The notes under the pieces were generated by a model that was given only the letters and a program-made list of their open reading frames with translations, had not been told where the DNA came from and searched no databases. 39,294 nt of DNA from an uncultured bacterium. GTDB taxonomy: Bacteria > CG03 > CAZUQH01. This document shows, piece by piece, positions 7,586-16,909 of the stretch. Made by a program: the position numbers and the translations under genes. Positions within the stretch are counted from its first letter, which is position 1, and the number at the start of each line of letters is the position of its first letter. The stretch covers positions 1 to 39,294 of the forward strand of contig CAZUQH010000006.1 in the NCBI GenBank assembly GCA_964622465.1. Direction: 5' to 3'.

Positions 7586-8693
7586 AAAGAATGATAACAT
7601 ACAGGACGACCCTCGCAAGATAACCTTGATACCGGGTGACGGAATTGGACCGGAAATCGTGGACGTTACGCGTCAACTGGTGGATGCCCTCGGCATTCCA
7701 ATAGAATGGGACATTCAGGAAGCAGGTATTAACATAATGGAAAAATATGGTACCCCGCTGCCAGATTTAGTGCTTGAGTCAATAAAACGAAACAAGGTGG
7801 CACTTAAAGGGCCTATAACTACGCCGGTTGGGACCGGTTTTAGAAGCGTAAACGTAGCATTGCGGCAAAAGCTCGACCTGTACGTATGTTTGCGGCCTTA
7901 TAAAACGTATCCCGGGGTTCAGTCAAAATACGAGGGAGTCGACCTTGTTATCGTACGTGAGAATACCGAGGACCTGTATGCAGGTATCGAATTTAAGAAA
8001 GACCAGAAAGAAACTCTCGAGTTGATTAACTGGCTTGGGAAACACGGTGCAAAGGTGCGGAGGGACTCTGGAATAAGCATAAAGCCGATTTCGGTTACTG
8101 CAACAGTCAGAATAGTTAATTTCGCTTTTGAATATGCACGGCAGCACGGCCGCAGGAAAGTCACTGCAGTACACAAAGCAAACATAATGAAGCACTCGGA
8201 TGGGCTTTTTCTCGAGGTCTTTCGCGACATAGCGAAAGATTATCCCGACATTGAATCAGAAGACAAAATTGTTGACAATATGTGTATGCAGCTTGTACAA
8301 AAACCGCATCTCTACGACGTGCTTGTTTTACCAAATCTGTATGGCGATATACTTAGCGACCTTTGCGCTGGCCTGGTAGGTGGTCTTGGAGTAGCACCGG
8401 GTGCGAATATAGGTACTGACATTGCGGTATTTGAAACGACTCATGGGAGTGCGCCGAAGTATGCAGGAAAAAACAGGGTAAATCCTACTGCAATGATACT
8501 TTCAGCAAAAATGATGCTGGAGTACATCGGAGAAAACAAGGCGGCTCAAGCGCTGGAGCGAGCTGTTGCAGAGGTAATCAGAGAGGGTAAATCAGTGACC
8601 TATGATTTCAAACCGACGCCGGACGATTTTACCGCTGTCGGTACCGTAGAGATGGGGAATGCTATCCTGGAGAAGTTGGTTGGTTCGCGATGA
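7566..8693 (+). CDS. icd: Isocitrate dehydrogenase (prokaryotic Icd type)
   Basis: [70 protein letters not shown] and VTYDF. These closely parallel the E. coli Icd segments I recall (IRSLNVALRQELDLY, RENSEDIYAGIEW) rather than LeuB. Confidence 0.8.
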   Translation: MASSKHKKNDNIQDDPRKITLIPGDGIGPEIVDVTRQLVDALGIPIEWDIQEAGINIMEKYGTPLPDLVLESIKRNKVALKGPITTPVGTGFRSVNVALRQKLDLYVCLRPYKTYPGVQSKYEGVDLVIVRENTEDLYAGIEFKKDQKETLELINWLGKHGAKVRRDSGISIKPISVTATVRIVNFAFEYARQHGRRKVTAVHKANIMKHSDGLFLEVFRDIAKDYPDIESEDKIVDNMCMQLVQKPHLYDVLVLPNLYGDILSDLCAGLVGGLGVAPGANIGTDIAVFETTHGSAPKYAGKNRVNPTAMILSAKMMLEYIGENKAAQALERAVAEVIREGKSVTYDFKPTPDDFTAVGTVEMGNAILEKLVGSR

Positions 8694-9133
8694 CGGACAG
8701 GACGCTGGTAATTATAAAGCCAGATGCTCTGTGCCAAAGGATAGTCGGGAACGTTGTGTCTCGTCTTGAGCAGGACGGACTACGTCTGATTGCCGCACGG
8801 CTGGTATTAATGTCAGAAAATCAGGCGTCTGAATTCTATTCGTGTCATAAAGGAAAAGATTTCTATGAACCACTCGTGAAGTTTATGAGTTCCAATCCCT
8901 GTCTTGTAATGGTTTGGGAGGGAGAAAACGTGATAGACCGGGTCCGGGAGATTGCTGGTGCGACTGACCCGGTAGAAGCGAAAGATGGTACAATACGCCG
9001 GCAGTTTGCAAGGGATAACAGGCATAACGTTATCCATGCTTCTGACTCGCCAGCGACAGCGTCTCGCGAAATCAGTTTTTTCTTCAAAGAAAAAGAAATT
9101 TACCAATGGAGCGAAAAGGAGTATCGGAAATGA
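8690..9133 (+). CDS. ndk: Nucleoside-diphosphate kinase
   Basis: [10 protein letters not shown] and NVIHASDS (active-site His region). ATGA overlap with icd. Confidence 0.9.
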   Translation: MTDRTLVIIKPDALCQRIVGNVVSRLEQDGLRLIAARLVLMSENQASEFYSCHKGKDFYEPLVKFMSSNPCLVMVWEGENVIDRVREIAGATDPVEAKDGTIRRQFARDNRHNVIHASDSPATASREISFFFKEKEIYQWSEKEYRK

Positions 9134-10341
9134 AAGTACTGGTTTTGAACTGTGGTTCGTCTTCAATTAAGTATCAACTCCTAAAAATGGGTACAGAAAA
9201 AATGTTAGCGCATGGGTTACTGGACAGAATCGGGATGCATGATTCTGTTTTGCACCATAGTTTTCTGGAAGCGAAGAAAGAGCGTCAGATTACGTTGGTA
9301 CGTCCAGTTACGACTCATGCGGGTGGAATTTCATGGATTACTGAACTTCTTCTTGACGGCGAAATAGGCGTCATTTCGGACAAAAAGGAAATAACAGTAA
9401 TAGGGCATAGGGTGGTTCATGGTGGAGAGAAATTTACCGAACCGGTACTCATAAACGAAGAAGTAAAAGAAGATATACGTAAATGCATTCCTCTTGCTCC
9501 TCTGCATAATCCACACAATTTGACCGGGATAATTGCTTGTGAAAAGGAATTTCCAGGTATTCCACAGGCCGCAGTATTTGATACTGCTTTCCACCAGACA
9601 ATGCCCGCCTATGCTTATACATACGCATTACCTTATGAATTTTACGTTAAATATAAGATTCGCCGTTATGGATTTCACGGCACTTCTCACGAGTACGTAA
9701 GCGAACACACGGCTAAACTGCTCAAGAAACCGTTACGTCAGTTACGGTTGATAACCTGCCATCTTGGAAATGGCTGTAGCATTACTGCGATTGACAGGGG
9801 AAAAGTAATTGATACTTCTATGGGGTTTACTCCTCTTGAAGGACTTGTTATGGGCACACGTTGTGGAGACATAGACCCTTCAATAGTAGCTTTTTTGCTT
9901 GGCAAGGAAGACATGACTCCATCTAGTGTTGACCATCTGTTGAATAGTCAGAGTGGCCTGCTTGGGATTTCGGGAATTTCAAGGGACATGAGAGATTTGA
10001 TTGAACATACTTCTGAAGGCGACAAGCGTGCACGCCTTGCGATAGAGATATTCGTGTACCGTGTGAAAAAATACATAGGTGCTTATGTATCTATACTTAA
10101 TGGTGTAGATGCTATCGTATTTACAGCAGGTATTGGAGAAAATGCTCCCTTGGTTCGTGAGCTCATTTGTCAGGGGATGGACTGGCTTGGAGTTAAACTG
10201 GATAAAAGAAGTAATCAGCTGGCCGTAGAAGGAATAGAACGGATGATAAGTTCGCGTGCTTCTAAGGTCAAAATTCTTGTTGTCCCAACAAATGAAGGCA
10301 TTCTGATTGCCAGGGCTGCAGCAAAACTTGTAGCGAAGTAA
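9130..10341 (+). CDS. ackA: Acetate kinase
   Basis: [18 protein letters not shown]-terminus, HRVVHGG, YGFHGTSH and VFTAGIGEN. Start moved to ATG 9130, which overlaps the ndk stop as ATGA. Confidence 0.9.
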   Translation: MKVLVLNCGSSSIKYQLLKMGTEKMLAHGLLDRIGMHDSVLHHSFLEAKKERQITLVRPVTTHAGGISWITELLLDGEIGVISDKKEITVIGHRVVHGGEKFTEPVLINEEVKEDIRKCIPLAPLHNPHNLTGIIACEKEFPGIPQAAVFDTAFHQTMPAYAYTYALPYEFYVKYKIRRYGFHGTSHEYVSEHTAKLLKKPLRQLRLITCHLGNGCSITAIDRGKVIDTSMGFTPLEGLVMGTRCGDIDPSIVAFLLGKEDMTPSSVDHLLNSQSGLLGISGISRDMRDLIEHTSEGDKRARLAIEIFVYRVKKYIGAYVSILNGVDAIVFTAGIGENAPLVRELICQGMDWLGVKLDKRSNQLAVEGIERMISSRASKVKILVVPTNEGILIARAAAKLVAK

Positions 10342-10351
10342 CAAATAATCC

Positions 10352-10380
10352 TTGACAGTAGCAGGTCAATTTATTATCAT
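10352..10380 (+). promoter_or_regulatory. Sigma70-like promoter upstream of rpmF
   Basis: TTGACA (10352-10357), a 17-nt spacer, then TATCAT (10375-10380), inside the 50-nt ackA-rpmF gap. Confidence 0.5.
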
Positions 10381-10391
10381 TTACGCTGAAA

Positions 10392-10580
10392 ATGGCAAAT
10401 CCAAAGAGAAGGCATTCAAAATCGAGAAGGGATAAGCGCCGAGCCAACTGGAAGGCGGAAGCTGCTAATACCTCTTTGTGCCCTCAATGTCACCAGCCAA
10501 AACTATCACATATGGTCTGTCCGCATTGTGGTTATTATAATGGCAAGCATATAATCACAGTGGCGGAGCCGAAAAAGTAA
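10392..10580 (+). CDS. rpmF: 50S ribosomal protein L32
   Basis: MANPKRRHSKSRRDKRR plus a CxxC...CxxC zinc ribbon. Classic position upstream of plsX. Confidence 0.9.
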   Translation: MANPKRRHSKSRRDKRRANWKAEAANTSLCPQCHQPKLSHMVCPHCGYYNGKHIITVAEPKK

Positions 10581-10586
10581 TACAAA

Positions 10587-11582
10587 ATGCCTGATAAGAT
10601 TGTGGTTGATGCAATGGGTGGCGATTTTGCACCAAAGGTCGTTATTCAGGGTGCATATCTAGCTCAAGCACAAATGGGAATCAGTAGTCTTGTCTTAGTT
10701 GGAGACGAAGCACGTCTAAAAACCCTGATAGCACAACTCCCATCACCTGGTTTAAAGGCAGAGATTTTGCACGCGAGTCAGACCATACAGATGGATGAAA
10801 GCCCTGTCATTGCCTGTAGAAAAAAACCAAATTCGTCTATTATGGTTGGTTTAAAATATCTCAAAGATGGCCATGCGTCTGGATTTGTATCTGCTGGCAA
10901 TTCAGGAGCAGTAATGACAGCAGGATATATGATTCTTGGGTGTATTCCTGGCATTTCAAGACCAGCGATTGCGTCACTTTTTCCTGTTGGTCATGGCAGG
11001 GCTATAATATTGGATGTAGGTGCTAATGTTGACTGTTGTGCAGAACATCTTTTACAGTTTGCAAGGTTAGGTTCTGCTTACGCACAGGTAATATTTGGCA
11101 AGAAAAACCCAAGTATCGGATTGTTAAATATAGGCACTGAGAAAGGTAAAGGAAATAGACTTACTATTAGTACATACAAACTTCTTGAAGCAAGTAATCT
11201 TAATTTCTATGGAAATATAGAAGGTTTTGACATAAGTAATGACGTGGTAGATGTAATTGTGTGCGACGGCTTTGTCGGTAACGTTATCGTTAAGGTGTAT
11301 GAAGGTATAACCAATTGGATAAGAACTGAAATGTTTGACGAGAGTTCCAAATCTAAGAGTAAAAAATATGTTCGGGACCGGTTTACAAGCGTAGATGAAA
11401 AACTGAACTATGAGAAATATGGCGGCTTGCCGTTGCTTGGATTGAATGGCGTTTGCATAATAGCTCATGGTTCATCAAGTGAACGTGCAATTGCATATGC
11501 TATTCGAGCTGCTTCGGAAACGGTGAAAAGTAACCTGATTAACAGAATTACTGATGCATTTGCGAGACAAATTCATGTCTAG
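10587..11582 (+). CDS. plsX: Phosphate acyltransferase PlsX
   Basis: VDAMGGDFAP N-terminus and GFVSAGNSGA. Located in rpmF-plsX-fabH synteny. Confidence 0.9.
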   Translation: MPDKIVVDAMGGDFAPKVVIQGAYLAQAQMGISSLVLVGDEARLKTLIAQLPSPGLKAEILHASQTIQMDESPVIACRKKPNSSIMVGLKYLKDGHASGFVSAGNSGAVMTAGYMILGCIPGISRPAIASLFPVGHGRAIILDVGANVDCCAEHLLQFARLGSAYAQVIFGKKNPSIGLLNIGTEKGKGNRLTISTYKLLEASNLNFYGNIEGFDISNDVVDVIVCDGFVGNVIVKVYEGITNWIRTEMFDESSKSKSKKYVRDRFTSVDEKLNYEKYGGLPLLGLNGVCIIAHGSSSERAIAYAIRAASETVKSNLINRITDAFARQIHV

Positions 11583-12549
11583 AATTGTTTCCACTGGTTC
11601 TTATGTTCCAGAAAAGATTCTTACAAATTTTGACCTGGAGAAAATGGTCGATACTTCTAATGAATGGATTATGACCAGGACAGGAATAAAAGAACGCCGG
11701 ATTGCGTCGGCTGAACAGGCGACAAGCGACCTTGCTATAGAGGCAGGGAGGCAGGCGATTGAAAGGGCAGGTTGCTCTAAAGAAGAAGTCGACCTCCTTA
11801 TAATCGCTACAATTACACCGGATATGTTATTCCCATCTACTGCGTGTATAGTCCAGCATAAACTTGGCCTGAAGCAAATTGCTGCTTTTGACCTGAGCGC
11901 CGCATGTGCTGGTTTTATTTATTCACTTGCAACCGCTGATACACTCATAAATTCCGGTGGTTATAAATGCGCTCTGGTGATAGCAAGTGAGACACTTACG
12001 AGGATTACTGATTGGCAGGACAGGTCGAGTTGCGTATTGTTTGGAGATGGTGCAGGTGCCTGTGTTTTGAAGCCAGATGATGATAATGCTGGTTTTATCG
12101 GGTTTGATTTGCATGCAGATGGTAAATACGGTGACCTGTTATATCAACCAGCTGGTGGTTCGCGCCTGCCTGCAAGCCACGAAACAGTTAACGCAAGGCA
12201 GCATACTATCCAGATGAAAGGTAACGAAGTTTTCAAGGTATCTATAAATAGCATGGCCGATTCAGCGGAATCATTGCTTGATAAGCATAAGGTAAAACCA
12301 GAAGACATCGCTCTGGTAATACCACACCAGGCAAACTTGAGGATTATTCGTGGGTTGGCGAAGAAACTGACTATTCCAATGGCCCGGGTTGCAGTAAATA
12401 TAGACAGGTATGGGAATATGTCGGCAGCAACTGTAGCCGTTGCTCTGGATGAAGCCGTGCAGAGTGGTCGCGTAAAACAGGGTGACCTTATATTACTTGT
12501 TGCTTTTGGTGGCGGCTTTACCTGGGGTTCAGCACTCGTAAGATTGTGA
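11575..12549 (+). CDS. fabH: 3-oxoacyl-ACP synthase III
   Basis: TNEWIMTRTGIKERR, the active-site Cys context (AACAGF), and HQANLRI...GNMSAAT. Start moved to ATG 11575 (MSRIVSTGSYVPE). Confidence 0.9.
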   Translation: MSRIVSTGSYVPEKILTNFDLEKMVDTSNEWIMTRTGIKERRIASAEQATSDLAIEAGRQAIERAGCSKEEVDLLIIATITPDMLFPSTACIVQHKLGLKQIAAFDLSAACAGFIYSLATADTLINSGGYKCALVIASETLTRITDWQDRSSCVLFGDGAGACVLKPDDDNAGFIGFDLHADGKYGDLLYQPAGGSRLPASHETVNARQHTIQMKGNEVFKVSINSMADSAESLLDKHKVKPEDIALVIPHQANLRIIRGLAKKLTIPMARVAVNIDRYGNMSAATVAVALDEAVQSGRVKQGDLILLVAFGGGFTWGSALVRL

Positions 12550-12565
12550 GAAAAAGGATATATGT

Positions 12566-13321
12566 ATGGATTTGAAAGACAAGGTTGCGATAGTAACCGG
12601 CGGAGCACAGGGAATTGGTTATGCGATTACAGGCAAGCTCCTGCGCGCTGGTGCTTGTGTAGCGATAGGTGACATCAACTTGCCCGAAGTAGAGAAAGCG
12701 GCAAGAGAACTATCAAAGAGTGATAAGGAGTATGCTGAAGAAAACATTGCAGGTTACCTGCTGGATGTGACTGATATAAAGAGTTGCGAGAGTTTTGTTG
12801 CCAGGACTATTGACAAGCTTGGCAGGATAGATATACTGGTGAACAATGCAGGTATAACTAAGGATAATTTGGTTATCAGAATGAGCGACGATGAGTGGGA
12901 CAAAGTACTTGCCGTGAATCTTAAGGGTAGCTTCAATATGATTCGTGCATGTACCAGGCAAATGATGAAACAGCGGTACGGAAAAATAATAAATATGTCC
13001 TCTATAATAGGTATTATAGGAAATCCGGGACAGGCAAATTACGCTAGTTCCAAAGGTGGATTGATTGCTTTGACAAAAAGTTGCGCAAGAGAACTTGCAA
13101 GCCGCAACATAACAGTAAACGCAATAGCACCTGGTTTCATAAAGACGAGAATGACCAATGTACTTTCAGACACGCAGAAACAGGAACTTGAAAAACAAAT
13201 CCCGCTTGGTCGCATTGGTCTTCCTGAAGATGTAGCAAATCTATGTTTATTCCTGGCGGGTTCTGAATCCGACTACATCACCGGTGAAGTGATCCGGGTT
13301 GATGGCGGGATGGCGATTTAA
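12566..13321 (+). CDS. fabG: 3-oxoacyl-ACP reductase
   Basis: [13 protein letters not shown] and YASSKGG (YxxxK) SDR motifs. Located between fabH and acpP. Confidence 0.9.
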   Translation: MDLKDKVAIVTGGAQGIGYAITGKLLRAGACVAIGDINLPEVEKAARELSKSDKEYAEENIAGYLLDVTDIKSCESFVARTIDKLGRIDILVNNAGITKDNLVIRMSDDEWDKVLAVNLKGSFNMIRACTRQMMKQRYGKIINMSSIIGIIGNPGQANYASSKGGLIALTKSCARELASRNITVNAIAPGFIKTRMTNVLSDTQKQELEKQIPLGRIGLPEDVANLCLFLAGSESDYITGEVIRVDGGMAI

Positions 13322-13352
13322 TACGCGATATATTAAAAATGGAGGTGTTGGT

Positions 13353-13595
13353 ATGTCAGTAGAAGAAGATGTCAAGCAGATTATCAGTGAGCATCTCGGT
13401 GTTGACATTGGACAGGTAACACCAGAGGCATCGTTTGTCAATGACCTGGGAGCAGATTCTCTGGATACCGTCGAGCTGGTAATGGCTCTTGAGGAAAAGT
13501 TCGATCTGGAAATCCCTGACGAGGAAGCAGAAAAACTTGATACAGTTGGCAAGGCTATTGGTTACATAAAACAGCACCAGGAAGAAAAGGCCTGA
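13353..13595 (+). CDS. acpP: Acyl carrier protein
   Basis: [18 protein letters not shown] phosphopantetheine-attachment motif. GGAGGT Shine-Dalgarno at 13341-13346. Start moved from 13299 to ATG 13353. Confidence 0.92.
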   Translation: MSVEEDVKQIISEHLGVDIGQVTPEASFVNDLGADSLDTVELVMALEEKFDLEIPDEEAEKLDTVGKAIGYIKQHQEEKA

Positions 13596-13724
13596 GTTGC
13601 CGTTGCGAGGTATCTTTTAGGAGACGGCGGGCAATTCCATTAGTGTTACGGGATTGCTTACGCAACCTACGCAACCTGAAGGTTGCGGCTACAGCTTGGC
13701 GGCTACCGCGGCTCGCAATAACAG
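13596..13724. repeat. Composite hairpin-repeat pair (degenerate + copy, spacer, expanded - copy)
   Basis: gccGTTGCGAG...GGGCAATtc (degenerate), then the spacer ccattagtgttacgg, then GATTGCTTA...CGCAACCtgaaGGTTGCG...GGCTCGCAATAAC. There are internal tandem duplications of acgcaacct and gcggctac. It fills the acpP-fabF gap. Confidence 0.7.
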
Positions 13725-13740
13725 GTAAAGGACAAAAGTT

Positions 13741-14985
13741 GTGGCAAGAAGACGTGCGGTTATAACAGGAATGGGCGTTATTACGCCAATTGGCAATACT
13801 CTTGACGAGTATTGCGAAGGCCTGCTCGCTGGAAAGTCGGGTATCGGTCAGATTTCTCTTTTTGATGCGAGTCAATATTCTTCAAGAATAGCAGGTGAAG
13901 TTAAGAATTTTGACCCGGTTAAATATATTGACAGAAAGTGCATCCCACGGATGGATAGGTTTGCACAGTTTGCCGTTGCAGCAGCGGCGCAGGCAATTGA
14001 GAACTCGGGTCTGGACATATCAAAAGAAGACCCATACCGTATCGGCGTAGTTTGCGGCACCGGAATCGGCGGCCTGAAGACGCTGGAGCGAGAAGTTGGC
14101 GTTTTACTATCAAAGGGTCCGTTACGCGTTAGTCCGTTCTTTATCCCTATGCTTATTACAAATATTTCGCCAGGCGAAATTGCGATAATGTACGGATTTA
14201 AAGGTCCTAACTATTCGGTCTCAAGTGCCTGCGCTTCAAGTTCACATGCCCTTGGCGATGCACTCCGGCTTATCCGGGATAATAAGGTAGATGTTATCAT
14301 TTCTGGTGGGTCAGAAGCGGCTATTACACCTGTCGGGCTTGCTGGTTTTTGCTCTATGAAGGCGCTTTCAACGAGAAACGACGACCCGGAACACGCATCA
14401 CGTCCGTTTGATAAAGACCGCGATGGTTTTATTATGTCTGAAGGTGCCGGGATTCTTGTTATAGAAGAACTGGAACATGCTCGTAGCCGGGGTGCTCGTA
14501 TTTTTGCAGAACTCGCTGGATATGGAGCAACTGACGATGCATATCACATTACTGCGCCAGACCCATCCGGTGAGGCGCCAGCTGGCAGCATGAAGATGGC
14601 TATCAATGATGCCGGATTAAGCCCCGAGGATATTGATTACGTGAATGCACACGGCACCTCAACTCCACTTAATGACAAATCAGAAACGCTTGCAATAAAG
14701 AAGGCCTTTGGCGAACATGCACGTAAACTCGCGGTATCATCCACAAAATCAATGCTTGGTCATATGCTTGGTGCTGCTGGAGCAGTAGAAATAATTGCAT
14801 CAGTCCTTTGTATGAATAAAGGGATGGTACATGCAACAGTAAATTACCAGACGCCCGACCCTGATTGCGACCTGGATTACGTACCAAATAATCCAAGAGA
14901 AATGGAAGTTAATTCCTTAATATCAAATTCGCTCGGTTTTGGTGGACATAATGCTACATTGGTAGTATGTCGTTATGCAGAATGA
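13741..14985 (+). CDS. fabF: 3-oxoacyl-ACP synthase II
   Basis: GTG start. RAVITGMGVITP, the active-site SSACASS, NAHGTSTP and SLGFGGHNA. Confidence 0.9.
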   Translation: MARRRAVITGMGVITPIGNTLDEYCEGLLAGKSGIGQISLFDASQYSSRIAGEVKNFDPVKYIDRKCIPRMDRFAQFAVAAAAQAIENSGLDISKEDPYRIGVVCGTGIGGLKTLEREVGVLLSKGPLRVSPFFIPMLITNISPGEIAIMYGFKGPNYSVSSACASSSHALGDALRLIRDNKVDVIISGGSEAAITPVGLAGFCSMKALSTRNDDPEHASRPFDKDRDGFIMSEGAGILVIEELEHARSRGARIFAELAGYGATDDAYHITAPDPSGEAPAGSMKMAINDAGLSPEDIDYVNAHGTSTPLNDKSETLAIKKAFGEHARKLAVSSTKSMLGHMLGAAGAVEIIASVLCMNKGMVHATVNYQTPDPDCDLDYVPNNPREMEVNSLISNSLGFGGHNATLVVCRYAE

Positions 14986-15664
14986 TATCCTCGCTGCAGA
15001 AAAAACGCTCGGTTTAAATTTTCAGGACAAATCGTTACTTGCCCTCGCACTTACCCATCGTTCCTATGCCCTGGAGCAAGGCCTGCCTGCTGACTATAAC
15101 AACGAGCGTCTCGAATTCTTGGGCGATGGCGTACTTAATCTGGTTGCTGCAGTGTACTTGTATAAGAAGTATCCAGACAAACAGGAAGGTGAACTCTCTC
15201 AACTAAGGGGCGTTCTTATCAGTCGTGATGGTCTCTACCGCTGGGCCAGGAAAATAGGTATTGCCAAGTTTATATTACTTGGCGCAGGTGAAGAAAAGAG
15301 CGGTGGAAGGAAGAAAAAACGGGTGATTGCGAGCACAATAGAAGCAGTCGCTGGCGCAGTATTCCTGGACAAGGGCTACGAAGCATCGGCCAAATTTGCA
15401 CTTAGTTATTTTGATTCACTGACGCGGATTAGAATAACCGAGTACAAAAACCGGCTGCAGACCATAGTTCAACAGCGGTATCACGAACCGCCGAAGTATG
15501 AGGTGCTAAAGGTTTTTGGGCCGCCGCACAGGCAGAAATTCCGTGTTGCAGTAATTATTGATGGTAAAACAATAGCGCTCTCTACTGGCTGGAGTAAGAA
15601 AGAAGCAGAGATAGATGCTGCGAGGAAAGCGCTCAGAAAAATGACTGCAAAGCAGCCATCCTGA
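14975..15664 (+). CDS. rnc: Ribonuclease III
   Basis: NERLEFLGDGVL signature plus a C-terminal dsRBD (GPPHRQKF...GWSKKEAEIDAA). The last codons and stop lie in a repeat copy. Confidence 0.9.
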   Translation: MQNDILAAEKTLGLNFQDKSLLALALTHRSYALEQGLPADYNNERLEFLGDGVLNLVAAVYLYKKYPDKQEGELSQLRGVLISRDGLYRWARKIGIAKFILLGAGEEKSGGRKKKRVIASTIEAVAGAVFLDKGYEASAKFALSYFDSLTRIRITEYKNRLQTIVQQRYHEPPKYEVLKVFGPPHRQKFRVAVIIDGKTIALSTGWSKKEAEIDAARKALRKMTAKQPS

Positions 15665-15724
15665 GCGTCAGCGAAGGATCCCATTTCTGTTACGAGATCC
15701 TTCAGACTTCGCCCTCATGATGAC
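15655..15724. repeat. Composite hairpin-repeat pair, GAAGGATC subfamily
   Basis: GCCATCCTGAGcgtcagCGAAGGATC, then the spacer ccatttctgttacga, then GATCCTTCagacttcgccCTCATGATGAC. GAAGGATC and GATCCTTC form a perfect 8-bp stem across the spacer. Confidence 0.75.
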
Positions 15725-15742
15725 AGTCTCAGGAGGTAAAGT

Positions 15743-16909
15743 ATGGACGATATGAATTATGGGTTTAGTGAAGAACAGATAATGATTCGTGACCTGGCGC
15801 GAAAAATTGCTCAGGAAAAAGTGCTTCCAAAAAGACAGGAGCTTGACGAGAAAAGTGAATTTCCGCGCGAGTTAATAAAAGAATTTGCTCAGGCAGATTT
15901 GTTTCGTGTATTTATCCCCGAGGAATACGACGGTCTTGGCGGAGGTTGTCTGGAAATGAGCATTGCTACCGAGGAACTAAGCCGTACCTGCGCAGGGGTA
16001 GCGGTCAGTTATGCAGCAAGCGCTCTCGGCGCTTTCCCGTTGCTTTTATTCGGGACAGAGGAACAGAAGAAAAAATATCTGCCACGTGTTGCGAGCGGGG
16101 AAATTTTGTGCGCTTATGGCTTGACGGAGCCGAATGCCGGCAGTGACGCAGCAGCAATAGAGACGACTGCACGTGAAGATGGCGATAATTATGTATTGAA
16201 CGGCACGAAAATATTCTGTACTAATGGTGGTGAAGCTGACCTGTATACGATTATCGCGATGACGGATAAATCACGTGGAGCAAGAGGTGCAACTGCTTTT
16301 CTTCTCGAAAAAGGTACGCCAGGTTTCAGTTTTGGCAAGAAAGAAGATAAACTTGGTATCCGCGCTTCAGCGACGCGGGAACTCGTATTCGAAAACGTTT
16401 CTGTTCCGAAAGAGAACATAGTTGGCCGTCCGGGGATGGGTTTCATGGTTGCAATGAAAGTTTTTGATACGACCAGGCCTGGAATCGGCGCACAGGCAGT
16501 TGGCATAGCACAGGGAGCACTTGATGCGGCACTGGAGTATGCTATTCAACGCAAACAGTTTGGCCAGACGATTGCATCTTTCCAGGTGATTCAGCACACA
16601 CTTGCAGATATGGCTATCCAGATAGAAGCAGCGCGTGGTCTTGTGTATAACGCAGCGCGTCTCATTGATTCTGGTGCAAAAAACGTTTCAATTTATAGCG
16701 CGATGGCAAAAACGTTTGCTTCCGACGTTGCTATGAAAGTTACGGTTGACGCCGTTCAGATATTCGGTGGTTATGGATATATGAAGGATTACCCTGTTGA
16801 AAAGATGATGCGCGATGCAAAGATAACTCAGATATATGAAGGGACTAATCAAATTCAGCGCAACGTTATCGCGCTTGGGTTGATAAAGCGCAGCAAAGGG
16901 AAGAAGTAA
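15743..16909 (+). CDS. Acyl-CoA dehydrogenase (short/medium-chain, butyryl-CoA dehydrogenase-like)
   Basis: AGGAGG Shine-Dalgarno at 15731. YGLTEPNAGSD, the catalytic-Glu context QIYEGTNQIQR and GGYGYMKDYPVEK. Confidence 0.85.
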   Translation: MDDMNYGFSEEQIMIRDLARKIAQEKVLPKRQELDEKSEFPRELIKEFAQADLFRVFIPEEYDGLGGGCLEMSIATEELSRTCAGVAVSYAASALGAFPLLLFGTEEQKKKYLPRVASGEILCAYGLTEPNAGSDAAAIETTAREDGDNYVLNGTKIFCTNGGEADLYTIIAMTDKSRGARGATAFLLEKGTPGFSFGKKEDKLGIRASATRELVFENVSVPKENIVGRPGMGFMVAMKVFDTTRPGIGAQAVGIAQGALDAALEYAIQRKQFGQTIASFQVIQHTLADMAIQIEAARGLVYNAARLIDSGAKNVSIYSAMAKTFASDVAMKVTVDAVQIFGGYGYMKDYPVEKMMRDAKITQIYEGTNQIQRNVIALGLIKRSKGKK

